DNA of 64,000 nucleotides from Desulfobacterales bacterium (GCA_963674755.2 CAXXVS010000002.1:1728001-1792000); one strand, 5' to 3'; shown: positions 49,312 to 58,911, counted from the stretch's first letter. The notes: generated by a model from the sequence alone, not told the origin. Made by a program: numbers and translations.

Positions 49312-49590
49312 GGATGCGACCTCCTTATGGAAGGTGATTTTCGATGCCGATACGCTAACTTCCGGACCGGGCCACATAGTAGAGGATCGTGATATAGTGG
49401 CACAGGCGGTCCGCCATTACGAAAAGGTGCCCGGATACCGTGGAAATATCTCAAACGCTTGTCCAGGGCGTAGACAATGATGCCGGTGGTGTAAAACAAC
49501 CGCCAGCCCATCAGGCGGTAGATTCAGATGACTGACGCTGTTGAACCGTTCTCCGTAATACACGTCGATCATTCCCCCCGGCCCCACGCG

Positions 49591-49839
49591 TCACAAGCGG
49601 TAGATCTTCTCCACCCACGCTTTGAACCAGCGCGGTTTCTGGAACAGAACCATGATCAGTCCCATGGCGGTGATCGGAATCGGGAGAACCGCATCGAGTA
49701 CGGCCAGCACGGCCAGATAAATCAGAATCTGCGTCTTGGGCGACAATGTATGGCCTCCTTGGGGCAGCCTGTGTTCAATCGTCTTCCGGTTTTGCGGTCT
49801 CTGCTCCAAACCCTGGGCGCCGCTGAAATCGTCCTGCAT
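49591..49839 (-). CDS. small membrane protein
   Basis: Coupled to the tatD stop; hydrophobic hairpin LAVLDAVLPIPIT; alternative TTG start after GGAGG near 49747. Confidence 0.6.
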   Translation of the reverse strand: MQDDFSGAQGLEQRPQNRKTIEHRLPQGGHTLSPKTQILIYLAVLAVLDAVLPIPITAMGLIMVLFQKPRWFKAWVEKIYRL

Positions 49840-50627
49840 CAAAACCTGTAAAGCCGCCGGGTATTGGCCACCACCGCTTCAATCACCGCTTCTTCCGGCA
49901 AGTCTTTGAGTTCCGCAATCGCCCGAACCGCGATGCCCAGATGGGCCGGCTCGTTGCGCATATCGGGCGCCGGTCCCAGCACCGGGCTGTCGGTTTCCAC
50001 CAGCAGACGATTCAGCGGCAAATGGCGCACAAGCTTCTGCTTCTGGCGGGAACGGACAATCGACGGCGGGATCGAAAAAAAATACCCGGCTTCCAGAGCG
50101 GGGCGGGCCGCCGTGATCTTGCCGTCGAAGGCGTGCAGTTGCACGCGTTTGGCACCGCGACGGATCAGCAGATCCACGGCGTGGCGGCCGGCCGAGCGTG
50201 AGTGCACGTTCAGGGGCAAATCGAGTTCCCGGGCCAGATCGACGAAGCGGGCAAAGATCGCTTTTTGCACTTCCCGCCCGTCCTCCGTCTTCACCATCCA
50301 GAAATCCAACCCCACCTCTCCGATAGCGGCCATCACATTCCGATGGGTCCGGATAAATGCCATCATTTGATCGGCGGCCGTCATGTCCAAGTGGGTCGGA
50401 TAGAGTCCGGCCGCCAGTTTCAGCATGGGGAATTGACGGACCAGGGCCAGGTTTTTTTCGGCATCAGCCAGGTCCTCGCCCACGGCAATAATGGTACGGA
50501 CCCCGGCGGCAACGGCCCGTTCCAGGACGGCCGCCCGGTCGGCATCGAACCCGGCGTCGCAAATATGGCAGTGGGTGTCCGTCAGAACGGTGCGGGTTAA
50601 ATTGACGGAGGGTGTCAGCAGGGGCAT
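49839..50627 (-). CDS. tatD: TatD family hydrolase
   Basis: DTHCH, AIGEVGLD, NVHSR, QLHAF, LVETDSP. Confidence 0.93.
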   Translation of the reverse strand: MPLLTPSVNLTRTVLTDTHCHICDAGFDADRAAVLERAVAAGVRTIIAVGEDLADAEKNLALVRQFPMLKLAAGLYPTHLDMTAADQMMAFIRTHRNVMAAIGEVGLDFWMVKTEDGREVQKAIFARFVDLARELDLPLNVHSRSAGRHAVDLLIRRGAKRVQLHAFDGKITAARPALEAGYFFSIPPSIVRSRQKQKLVRHLPLNRLLVETDSPVLGPAPDMRNEPAHLGIAVRAIAELKDLPEEAVIEAVVANTRRLYRF

Positions 50628-50884
50628 GGTGAAGTTACCTTTAAACCGATTGACAGGGAGCATCGTCGTTGGTCGGAGCCGCCGCCACTTCTATCATGAG
50701 CTGGCGCTGGCGACGTCTGCGGTCCGCGCTTCATCCCTGGAGCATCCCATCGCGGGTGGGCCGGCAAGCAGGTCTGCCAGCACTCTGTATCCCATAAGAC
50801 AATCCAGCCCCTATGACAACACCCAACCCGGCGGACCGCGTGTTCCCCACTTGACAAAAGCCTTCCCATGACTAGGCTAATGAC

Positions 50885-50989
50885 ATGGCCGCCCGGTCGA
50901 ATCCGACCACAGCCGGGCGATCCACAGGTAGTGTAATGCATATCTACCTTTCCTCCAAAAGGCGAGGCCCACAGGCCTCGCCTTTCTTT
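50885..50989 (+). ncRNA. candidate small RNA
   Basis: TTGACA-16-TAGGCT at 50851-50878, two stems, an unpaired TTTCCTCC, then a terminator. Confidence 0.35.
50958..50989. terminator. intrinsic (probably bidirectional) terminator
   Basis: aaaggcgaggcc-caca-ggcctcgccttt followed by cttt. Confidence 0.75.
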
Positions 50990-51005
50990 GGCCCCCTCCC
51001 CTCGC

Positions 51006-51218
51006 TCAATGGACGCCCTTGGGAGCAGAATGGAATGACAGACGCCTTTCGATAAGTTCCGCTTCCATTTGCTTCTCCTGTTGCTCATCGCTAAAAAGCG
51101 ATTCCATTTCCCTGCGGGCTGCGGCTTGGCAGGTCGGGCAAACGCCGTGGGTGACCCGGGGGTCTGCCGGATCCCCCGGGTCCATCACCTCTCCGCACCA
51201 GGCACAAACCTGTTTCAT
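51006..51218 (-). CDS. small Cys-rich phage-type protein
   Basis: CAWC..THGVCPTC; start overlaps the upstream stop. Confidence 0.65.
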   Translation of the reverse strand: MKQVCAWCGEVMDPGDPADPRVTHGVCPTCQAAARREMESLFSDEQQEKQMEAELIERRLSFHSAPKGVH

Positions 51219-51739
51219 TTGACTTTCCCGTTGCGCAGCTCGCGCTTTAACCGGTTCAACTCCCAGACGGCCGATTCCATCTTTCCCAGCATGAGGGTCC
51301 GCTTGTCCTCCTGGCTAATCACCTCGCCGCCCTCGGCCTCGGCCAGACAGCGGCAGGGTTCCAGGGATCCGTTAATGTGGTGGATGGCGAACAGCATGGC
51401 CCCGGGGATGGGGTATTCGGCGGGTTTCGACAGGTAGTGGTTCAGCATATGGATGGACAGGCTCTTACCCTCGCCATCCGGATCCCACCCGAAATAGGTG
51501 TTGACCGCCTTGACCAGCTCCAGGCGGCCCTGGCCCCATTGGCGGAGCGCTTTCTTGAGCGCCACCGCCAGTTCGATGCAGGCCTCCTCGTAGCTTTCCA
51601 TGGGCTTGGGCTCGGCGCCCTTTGCGCCTGCGGCCTCCAGGAGCTCGGTCTTGTCCGCGAGATGCGATTCGACCCGCTGTGACCAGTCGAAGTCGAGCTG
51701 GCGCTGGCGGGTGTCTATCTTGCTGGATCTCTTAGACAT
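51215..51739 (-). CDS. phage early regulatory-type hypothetical protein
   Basis: Position after the Cro/Ner-like gene; SIHMLNHYLSKP..IP helix pattern. Confidence 0.65.
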   Translation of the reverse strand: MSKRSSKIDTRQRQLDFDWSQRVESHLADKTELLEAAGAKGAEPKPMESYEEACIELAVALKKALRQWGQGRLELVKAVNTYFGWDPDGEGKSLSIHMLNHYLSKPAEYPIPGAMLFAIHHINGSLEPCRCLAEAEGGEVISQEDKRTLMLGKMESAVWELNRLKRELRNGKVK

Positions 51740-51770
51740 TGACGGCACGTAAGTCCTCTGATAAAGGTTA

Positions 51771-52018
51771 TTAGCTGGCCGCTTTTTGGCCGATTGCCTT
51801 GCTGGTGCTGCGCAGCTTGGGGCCCAGGTAGTAGTCCGGAAACACTTTGGTTTTGGGCTTGCCGATGGCCTGTGCCACCGCGCGCATGATGCGGTCGGAC
51901 ACGCTCAACCGGTGGATCACCCGCGACACGCTCATCTCCGAAACATCCAATTTTCCGGCGATATCCTTCTGGGTGCTCTTTTTTTCCGAAGCGCGGCCTG
52001 GATTTCCTGGGGAGTCAT
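51771..52018 (-). pseudogene. Cro/Ner-like HTH repressor, frameshifted in an A7 run
   Basis: MTPQEIQAALRKK then, after a -1 shift, STQKDIAGKLDVSEMSVSRVIHR..SDRIMRAVAQAIGKP..VFP; 248 nt; missed by the ORF track. Confidence 0.75.
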
Positions 52019-52114
52019 TGCCCTTGCCTTTCTGCTTTAGATCGACTGTGGTCTATTCAAATGTCACGTTTAGATAATGATCTATACACGTATATGTAAC
52101 TAGCAAACGATAAA

Positions 52115-52540
52115 ATGCCACATATGTATAATTTAATCGATCGATTGAAATAGCTCATCTCTGAGTATTCGGGCGGGAAATACACGGTATTCGCTAAAAA
52201 TGCGGGCATACCCCACAGCACTTTGCAGAATTATATGAATGGCAGGACACCCCACGTCGATCATTTATTACGCCTACATGCCATTTATGGGGTTAATATC
52301 AATTGGCTTTTGACCGGAGAGGGCACTGCTTCTTTAAAAGAAGGAGAGGGAGCGGCCGTCGATATGGGCCTCCTGGGCGATACGATAAGCGCCGTGGAGG
52401 ACTGGCTGGAGAGCCACAAGCGCCGCCTGCCGCCCGAGAAGAAAGCCGAGGTAATTCTGTATTTGTACGAGGAGTATCTGGATAAAGAGGAAAAGCCGGA
52501 AACCGCAACAGTGGAGAGGCTGTTGAAGCTCGTGGCGTGA
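52115..52540 (+). pseudogene. CI-like XRE repressor with premature TAG at 52151-52153
   Basis: MPHMYNLIDRLK*LISEYSGGKYTVFAKNAGIPHSTLQNYMNGRTP..GVNINWLLTGEG. Confidence 0.75.
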
Positions 52541-52574
52541 TCGCGCATCGCGCTGCCCTTGCAAAGGGGGCCCC

Positions 52575-53051
52575 ATGAGCAAAGGAGACCGCAGGGAAAG
52601 ACTCGAAAGGATCCTGAAAGAGGCCGAACCCGCTTTAGATCAACCAAGCGGGAATGGTAAGACCGTCGGTATCGGCGATATCGCCGGCCAGGCCAACCAG
52701 ATCGTGGTCGGCAACGATAACATCGTCATCACCAATACCCGCCACCGTACAAAAGCACACCCCTTACGCAGGGCCACCCGCCTGCTATGGATGGGAGTGG
52801 TAGTCCTGTGCGTGCCCCTCATCTCTTGCGTTGAGGCCACCCGCCCGCCTGATCCCAAGATCATCGGCTCCATAACGACAATTACCGCGCAAAACGAACC
52901 CGATCTCCAAACCGCCGATCTGGCCGACACCACCGCGCCGCTTACCGTGATCCACGCTCAGCCGGGTTTCCACTGCTACGCCGGCTGTAGCTTCCTAAAA
53001 CCGACCAGAACAATCGATCCGCTTGCTGGTCAAAGATCCCAGGATATCTGA
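52575..53051 (+). CDS. hypothetical phage-associated membrane protein
   Basis: ORF after the repressor; GQANQIVVGNDN low-complexity stretch and one TM. Confidence 0.55.
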   Translation: MSKGDRRERLERILKEAEPALDQPSGNGKTVGIGDIAGQANQIVVGNDNIVITNTRHRTKAHPLRRATRLLWMGVVVLCVPLISCVEATRPPDPKIIGSITTITAQNEPDLQTADLADTTAPLTVIHAQPGFHCYAGCSFLKPTRTIDPLAGQRSQDI

Positions 53052-53256
53052 CTGACACTTAATACAGGATTACATAAGAAGATTATAAGTGGACTCTACT
53101 TTACATAAAAGATTGTTAGATTGCAGAATTCTTTAGGCTCGGCTGTTTTAATAACGGAAATAAACGAAGAAGAAATCCTGGGACAAAAATTAGTCGCTCT
53201 TTTTGACAAGATAAGATAATATGCCCCATACAAGAGTACTGTAAAATGGGGAAATT

Positions 53257-54513
53257 ATGGCCTTAACATTTCTGGATCTGTTTGCCGGTGCAGGTGGATT
53301 GTCTGAGGGGTTCATTCAGGCGGGTTTTGTACCGGTCGCACATGTGGAGTCTGACCCGGCAGCATGTTTTACCCTGCGCACTAGGATGTCATACCACTGG
53401 CTAAAAACCATTGATCGCCAAGATCAGTACGCCGATTATCTCAATGGGGAAATAAATCGCTCAGAGTTTTATGAGCAGGTTCCCGATCAGATCCCTGGCT
53501 CGGTTATTAATGAAGAAATCAGTGAGGCAACATTACATAAAATTTTCCGTGAAATTGATGAGTTGCTGAATAACAGAAAGCTGGACCTTATTGTCGGGGG
53601 GCCTCCTTGCCAAGCATATTCCATCGTTGGCCGTGCTCGCGACCAAAACCGCATGAAAGGTGATAAAAGAAATTATCTATATATTTATTATGCTGAGTTT
53701 CTGAAACGTTACAGACCATCTTACTTTATTTTTGAAAATGTTTCCGGTCTTATTTCCGCTAAAGATAAAGATGGGAAACTCTATTTCGAATCCATGAGGG
53801 ATCTGTTTTTTAGTTGTGGATATGAAACAGAGTTCAAAATGCTTTCAGCAAAAGATTATGGCGTTTTACAAAACCGAACAAGGATCATTCTCGTAGGCAG
53901 AAGGGGAAAAACAGACGGTTTCTACCCGGATCCCGACAAATGGATTCCAGGTGTGAATGTCGGGGAAATTTTCAATGACCTTCCTGCTATTGATGCAGGC
54001 GGAGGCAGGCCTGGGCCTTGCCGTGTCAAGCCATATAGTGGAAAATGGCAGTATGAAGCACGCGTCAGAAATGACGATTTGCCTGTTTCCTGGCATCAGG
54101 CAAGACCTAATAATGATCGGGACCTTGAGATTTACAGGCTCGCAGTTGTCCTTTGGGACAGGGGAAAGTTAAGGCTGGAATACGACGCCCTCCCTGGCTG
54201 TCTGAAAACTCACCGGAACCGGGAATCGTTTGCTGACAGGTACAAAGTTGTTGCAGCGAACCTGCCGTTTTCACAAACCGTAGTAGCGCATATCGCTAAG
54301 GACGGACACTACTACATTCATCCCGATATCAATCAGAACCGCTCTATAACACCCAGGGAGGCCGCACGGCTTCAGGCCTTTCCGGATGATTACTATTTCG
54401 AGAGCTGCAAACCCGTACCCGGACGTACTCCGGCCTTCCGCCAGATCGGAAATGCAGTTCCTGTTCTCTTATCCCGAAAAATTGCTGAAAAGCTGAAAGA
54501 GGTCTGGTTTTGA
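53257..54513 (+). CDS. DNA (cytosine-5) methyltransferase
   Basis: DLFAGAGG, GGPPCQ, FENV, QNRTR, TPREAARLQAFPD, QIGNAVP. Confidence 0.96.
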   Translation: MALTFLDLFAGAGGLSEGFIQAGFVPVAHVESDPAACFTLRTRMSYHWLKTIDRQDQYADYLNGEINRSEFYEQVPDQIPGSVINEEISEATLHKIFREIDELLNNRKLDLIVGGPPCQAYSIVGRARDQNRMKGDKRNYLYIYYAEFLKRYRPSYFIFENVSGLISAKDKDGKLYFESMRDLFFSCGYETEFKMLSAKDYGVLQNRTRIILVGRRGKTDGFYPDPDKWIPGVNVGEIFNDLPAIDAGGGRPGPCRVKPYSGKWQYEARVRNDDLPVSWHQARPNNDRDLEIYRLAVVLWDRGKLRLEYDALPGCLKTHRNRESFADRYKVVAANLPFSQTVVAHIAKDGHYYIHPDINQNRSITPREAARLQAFPDDYYFESCKPVPGRTPAFRQIGNAVPVLLSRKIAEKLKEVWF

Positions 54514-56678
54514 ACGAAAGCGGCACATATAAAATCCGGCCGGCCGGCCGGCACATTCTCACTATCGGCAGAGATCTGATTCAGGATGGCTACGCTGCGG
54601 TCGTGGAATTGGTAAAAAATGCCTATGATGCCGATTCCGCTGATGTTCTTATCGAGTTCAGTGCAAAACCTGACAGCAGCTATTCAATTGTTGTTTCAGA
54701 TCACGGCCATGGCATGTCACGGGATACTGTAATCAACAAGTGGATGGTACCCTCTACCAGAGATAAACTTGAACGGCGCCAAAGCCCCTCAGAAAGGATA
54801 ATGCAGGGCCGCAAAGGAATTGGACGTTACGCGGCATCCATTCTTGGCAATGATCTGCTCCTCGAAACAGTAACCGCAGAGGGCCAGAAAACAACGGTCT
54901 ATGTCGAGTGGGAGAATTTCGAAGATGCTCAGTTCCTCGATGATGTGGATATTCTCATCGAATCAGCAGAGGTATCGGAACCGAAGGGTACCCGGCTGAC
55001 CATGAGTGGCGGGGCTGATCTTCTTGCAGAATGGGATAATAATCAATTCGACAAACTTCGGTTTGAATTGAAAAAGCTGAAATCACCTGTGAATGAGGCA
55101 TTAAGCAGTGAGGAAGAAAAAGACGGTGATCCCTTCTGTATCAAACTAACGATTAGCGGATTCCCTGATGTAGAAAATGTTGACGAGACCATCGAACCCT
55201 ATCCGATTTTTGCTCTTTTTGATTATCGTATTTCTGGAAAAATAAGCCACCTTGGATTAGGTAAACTCACATTCACAAATCAAAAAACCCGAAATACAAT
55301 TGATGAGGAAATCAATTTCGATGTGGGAAAGCCCACTGGTTGTGGAAATCTGCTGTTTGATATTCGTGTTTATGACCGCGAAAAAGAAGCCATTGAATCT
55401 TTGATCGGGCGTGGTCTTAAGGATGAGTACGGTAAATATGTCGGGAAGCTTCAGGCAAGGCAGCTTCTTAACGAATTTAACGGCATTGGCGTTTACAGGA
55501 ACGGATTCCGGATCCGGCCTCTGGGCGATGCAGACTTCGACTGGCTTAAACTAAACGAGCAGCGGGTACAAAACCCGTCTCTTCGCATAGGCAGTAATCA
55601 GGTAATTGGGTATGTGCAGATACAGTCAGAGGAACAATCCGGGCTGATTGAAAAAAGTGCTCGGGACGGTCTGAAGGAAAACAAAGCTTTCAGCCGACTA
55701 AAGGATATAACCAAATCGGTCATCGCAAGACTCGAGGATCGGCGCTTCGCCTATAGAAAAAAAGCGCGCCTGAGCAGACCTGCTATTAAAGTGGAACGTG
55801 AGTTTGAGCGGTTGTTTTCGTTTGATTACCTGAAAAGGAATATCCGGTCAAATCTTAAAAAAAGCGGTGTTGATAAAAAGACCACCGAAAAAATTATCGA
55901 GATCCTTAACAAGGATGAGGACGAGAAGAACAAAATTGCGGATGAAATTCGTCAGACTGTCGCGATTTATCAAGGCCAGGCGACTCTGGGGAAAATCATT
56001 AATGTGATTTTACATGAAGGCAGACGCCCACTTAACTATTTCAGAAACCAGATACCGAATCTTCACCATTGGTACGAAACTTTCATGAAAACCAAGGATC
56101 CGGAAAAACTCGATAAATTATTACCGATAGCTGATGGCTTGGGCCACAATGCGGATATTTTTGTGAAGTTGTTCAGCAGACTCGATCCCCTCGCAGCCGG
56201 AAAACGGACTGCGCGAAAGCTCCTGAAGCTGAAAAAAAATATTAATGATTCATTGGCTGTTTTTGAAGGTGAAATGAAGGCACGTAAGGTGAAAGCCAAA
56301 GTTACCGGCCCCGACGGTTTTACATTTTTATTTTGGCCCCAGGATATCTATGCAATCTTCACTAATCTCATTGACAACAGTCTATACTGGATGAACGAGA
56401 TAAATAAATCAAAGCATTTGATAACAATAGAAATTGTGACAGACGGGGATACCCTCTCCCATGTTGACTATCGGGACACCGGCCCTGGTATTGAGCCGGC
56501 TTTGATTGAAAGCGAGGTAATATTTGATCCGCAGTTTTCTACGAAACCATCCGGAACCGGACTGGGGCTGGCAATTGCCGGGGAAGCTGCATCAAGAAAT
56601 GGTCTGGAGCTGAAAGCTTTTGAGTCCGAAAAGGGAGCATGGTTCAGGCTGCAACCAATAACAGGGAATGGCGAATGA
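54510..56678 (+). CDS. MORC/GHKL ATPase fused to a C-terminal histidine kinase
   Basis: N-terminal ELVKNAYDAD, DHGHGM, GRKGIGR, YRNGFRI; C-terminal LHEGRRP, NLIDNS, DTGPGI, FSTKPSGTGLGL. Confidence 0.9.
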   Translation: MNESGTYKIRPAGRHILTIGRDLIQDGYAAVVELVKNAYDADSADVLIEFSAKPDSSYSIVVSDHGHGMSRDTVINKWMVPSTRDKLERRQSPSERIMQGRKGIGRYAASILGNDLLLETVTAEGQKTTVYVEWENFEDAQFLDDVDILIESAEVSEPKGTRLTMSGGADLLAEWDNNQFDKLRFELKKLKSPVNEALSSEEEKDGDPFCIKLTISGFPDVENVDETIEPYPIFALFDYRISGKISHLGLGKLTFTNQKTRNTIDEEINFDVGKPTGCGNLLFDIRVYDREKEAIESLIGRGLKDEYGKYVGKLQARQLLNEFNGIGVYRNGFRIRPLGDADFDWLKLNEQRVQNPSLRIGSNQVIGYVQIQSEEQSGLIEKSARDGLKENKAFSRLKDITKSVIARLEDRRFAYRKKARLSRPAIKVEREFERLFSFDYLKRNIRSNLKKSGVDKKTTEKIIEILNKDEDEKNKIADEIRQTVAIYQGQATLGKIINVILHEGRRPLNYFRNQIPNLHHWYETFMKTKDPEKLDKLLPIADGLGHNADIFVKLFSRLDPLAAGKRTARKLLKLKKNINDSLAVFEGEMKARKVKAKVTGPDGFTFLFWPQDIYAIFTNLIDNSLYWMNEINKSKHLITIEIVTDGDTLSHVDYRDTGPGIEPALIESEVIFDPQFSTKPSGTGLGLAIAGEAASRNGLELKAFESEKGAWFRLQPITGNGE

Positions 56679-57751
56679 GTGCTCTGCGGCTGATGATTGT
56701 GGATGATAAAGAGGAAGAGCTGGCGACCTGCCGGGATACCGTTGAGAGGTACAAGGATGAAAGACAGCGTGATGTCCATATGGTTGAATGCAGAAGCGTT
56801 GAAGAGGCCTTCGCACAACTCGATAACTCATTCGATGGTGCAATCATCGATCTGAAACTATCGGATCAGGGAGACGAGGGCAATCAGGTGGTCCGAAAGA
56901 TTGAGGACTTGTGCTTCAGAATCCCGGTTGCGATTCTTACCGGAACACCTGACGCGGCCGATAGGGATTTCACTTATATAGGCGTGTATAAAAAGGGTGA
57001 GCCCGGAACGGGATATGCTGATTTACTGGATAATTTCTGGGACATCTATAATACCGGACTTACCCGCATCATGGGTGGGCGAGGTATCATTGAAAATGCT
57101 TTGAACAGGGTATTTAAACAAAATGTAATCCCACGTAAAGATAAATGGGTTGAATATGGAAGGATCGATCCCCATAGAACTGAAAAGGCACTTATTCGCC
57201 ATACCCTTGGCCACCTGTTACAGCTTATAGATGAAGACGAAGGCCGCTGTTTTCCCGAAGAAGTCTATCTGGCGCCACCGATTACAAATACGGTTAGGAC
57301 CGGTAGTATTGTGAAAAATGAATCTGGCAGGCAGGTTGTTATTCTGAATCCTGCCTGCGATCTTGTTATAAGAGAAAATGGGACATTTAAAACAGATCAT
57401 ATTATGATTGTAATGATTGAAAATGAAGCGGATATCCTTTCTAAAATATTGGAAGGAATAACAAATAAAGGCAAGAAAGAAAAAATGCTAAAGAAAGTTT
57501 ACGGTAATAATTATACCGATTATTACCATTGGTTGCCACAAACGGAATTTTTCGACGGAGGTTTCCTGAATTTCAGGAAAATTTGGACTTTTACCGAGGA
57601 ACGGTACAAAGAAGCCTTCTCGGAACCGAAGATACAGATTTCTCCAGCTTTTATAAAAGATGTTGTTGCAAGATTTTCATCATATTACGCACGTCAGGGA
57701 CAGCCTGATATTGACTGTAGCGCCTTTATTACAAATATGACAACTGGTTGA
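56675..57751 (+). CDS. receiver domain fused to an uncharacterised C-terminal domain
   Basis: MIVDD, IIDLKL, ILTG, YKK receiver motifs; C-terminal LNPACDL..FSSYYARQGQPD. Confidence 0.85.
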   Translation: MSALRLMIVDDKEEELATCRDTVERYKDERQRDVHMVECRSVEEAFAQLDNSFDGAIIDLKLSDQGDEGNQVVRKIEDLCFRIPVAILTGTPDAADRDFTYIGVYKKGEPGTGYADLLDNFWDIYNTGLTRIMGGRGIIENALNRVFKQNVIPRKDKWVEYGRIDPHRTEKALIRHTLGHLLQLIDEDEGRCFPEEVYLAPPITNTVRTGSIVKNESGRQVVILNPACDLVIRENGTFKTDHIMIVMIENEADILSKILEGITNKGKKEKMLKKVYGNNYTDYYHWLPQTEFFDGGFLNFRKIWTFTEERYKEAFSEPKIQISPAFIKDVVARFSSYYARQGQPDIDCSAFITNMTTG

Positions 57752-57766
57752 ATAGATTTTTCGTCA

Positions 57767-58204
57767 ATGGATGTTCACACACCTGAGCAGCGAAGCTTTA
57801 ACATGTCCCGAATCAAAGGGAAGGACACCCGCCCTGAGATTATCATACGCAAATGGCTCTGGACGAAAGGATACAGGTACAGACTCCACAGAATAGATCT
57901 GCCCGGGAAACCGGATATAGTTTTGCCCAAATACCATGCAGTAATTTTTGTTAACGGCTGTTTCTGGCATGGACATGATTGTCGTTATTTTAAATGGCCA
58001 AAGACGAATAAAGGATTTTGGGAAAACAAGATCAATAATACTATCAGTCGAGACCAGAAAAACTATGCCTGCTTAGTCGAGAGAGGATGGAAGTATTTCA
58101 TTGTTTGGGAGTGCCAAATTAAAGCATGGGACTCAAAGGTGTTCACGAATCTGATGCGGTTTCTTGAAAATGAAAAAGGGGGACCGAAAGGATATGTATC
58201 TTAA
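57767..58204 (+). CDS. vsr: very short patch repair endonuclease
   Basis: RSFNMSRIKGKDTRPE, LPGKPDIV, FVNGCFWHGH, VWEC. Confidence 0.96.
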   Translation: MDVHTPEQRSFNMSRIKGKDTRPEIIIRKWLWTKGYRYRLHRIDLPGKPDIVLPKYHAVIFVNGCFWHGHDCRYFKWPKTNKGFWENKINNTISRDQKNYACLVERGWKYFIVWECQIKAWDSKVFTNLMRFLENEKGGPKGYVS

Positions 58205-58243
58205 ATGGCATTCTTTGGCGAATAATCCTGATGCGTATAGCAA

Positions 58244-58450
58244 ATGAAAAGAATAACAAAACTGCTGACAGATCCTGACTCTGACGAATATCCATTCCCT
58301 CACAACATAAGCGAACAGCTCAGATCACCCGATAAAGACCTCGAAGGCATCGTCAGAAATGCCAAGTATTTAGTTATCCAAAAAGGCGACGCCGCCTAGA
58401 TCACCTGTTATCTCGTAACCGACACCGCCGAAATCATCCAGTTTCCCCCC
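58244..58450 (+). pseudogene. decayed small gene, most complete copy of a locally repeated remnant
   Basis: Open from ATG 58244 to TAG 58397, where the copy at 58852-58876 has TGG; segments recur at 58852, 59145 and 60088. Confidence 0.6.
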
Positions 58451-58512
58451 AGCTGTCAAGTCGCTCCCGTGCTGCCAAGAATTGTTAATGTTTCAAATGA
58501 AGGAGAACTAAA

Positions 58513-58839
58513 ATGCCCAAATTTAACGATGGCAAACCGTATCATGGGTCTGAGAAGATTGCTCGTGGCCAGCTAAAGGGCGCCACCGATAGCTCTGACT
58601 ATTTTTATTTCTTTTGTCCGAACTGCCCTGATAACGAGATCATGAGAATTTTAGAATATGGAGAACATGCAAAAGAGTCGACAAATGAGTATAATGCCCT
58701 TTGTAAAAGCAAGGCCAAATACGGATTCACCTTAGTTTTCAAAATCCATTGTGAAAAATGCGGTTTCTCCGACTTTGTTAAAATAGCAAACACAGGCTGG
58801 CAAGGTGGTAAACATTCTGAAACAATGAAGAGGGCATAA
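58513..58839 (+). CDS. hypothetical zinc-binding protein
   Basis: AGGAG upstream; CPNC and CEKC pairs. Confidence 0.75.
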   Translation: MPKFNDGKPYHGSEKIARGQLKGATDSSDYFYFFCPNCPDNEIMRILEYGEHAKESTNEYNALCKSKAKYGFTLVFKIHCEKCGFSDFVKIANTGWQGGKHSETMKRA

Positions 58840-58911
58840 GCCTTGAACCGCAAAGGAGACGCCGCCTGGATCACCTAATAGTTCGAATAGGGAAAGGTCA
58901 AATTTAGCATC

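Larger units (their letters stand above)
51006..53051. mobile_element. decayed prophage immunity/early region
   Basis: Divergent Cro/Ner-like and CI-like HTH genes with small early genes; no integrase, transposase or structural genes seen. Confidence 0.7.

Noticed and set aside
50615..51088. 157-aa minus-strand Cys-rich ORF
   Set aside because: Crosses a terminator hairpin and overlaps genes at both ends; no recognisable motif
51979..51985. Programmed -1 frameshift in the Cro/Ner-like gene
   Set aside because: The A-AAA-AAG heptamer is not in the zero frame; homopolymer deletion or sequencing error is simpler
52151..52153. Pyrrolysine or amber readthrough in the CI-like gene
   Set aside because: Non-catalytic position and the partner gene is also broken; a nonsense mutation is simpler
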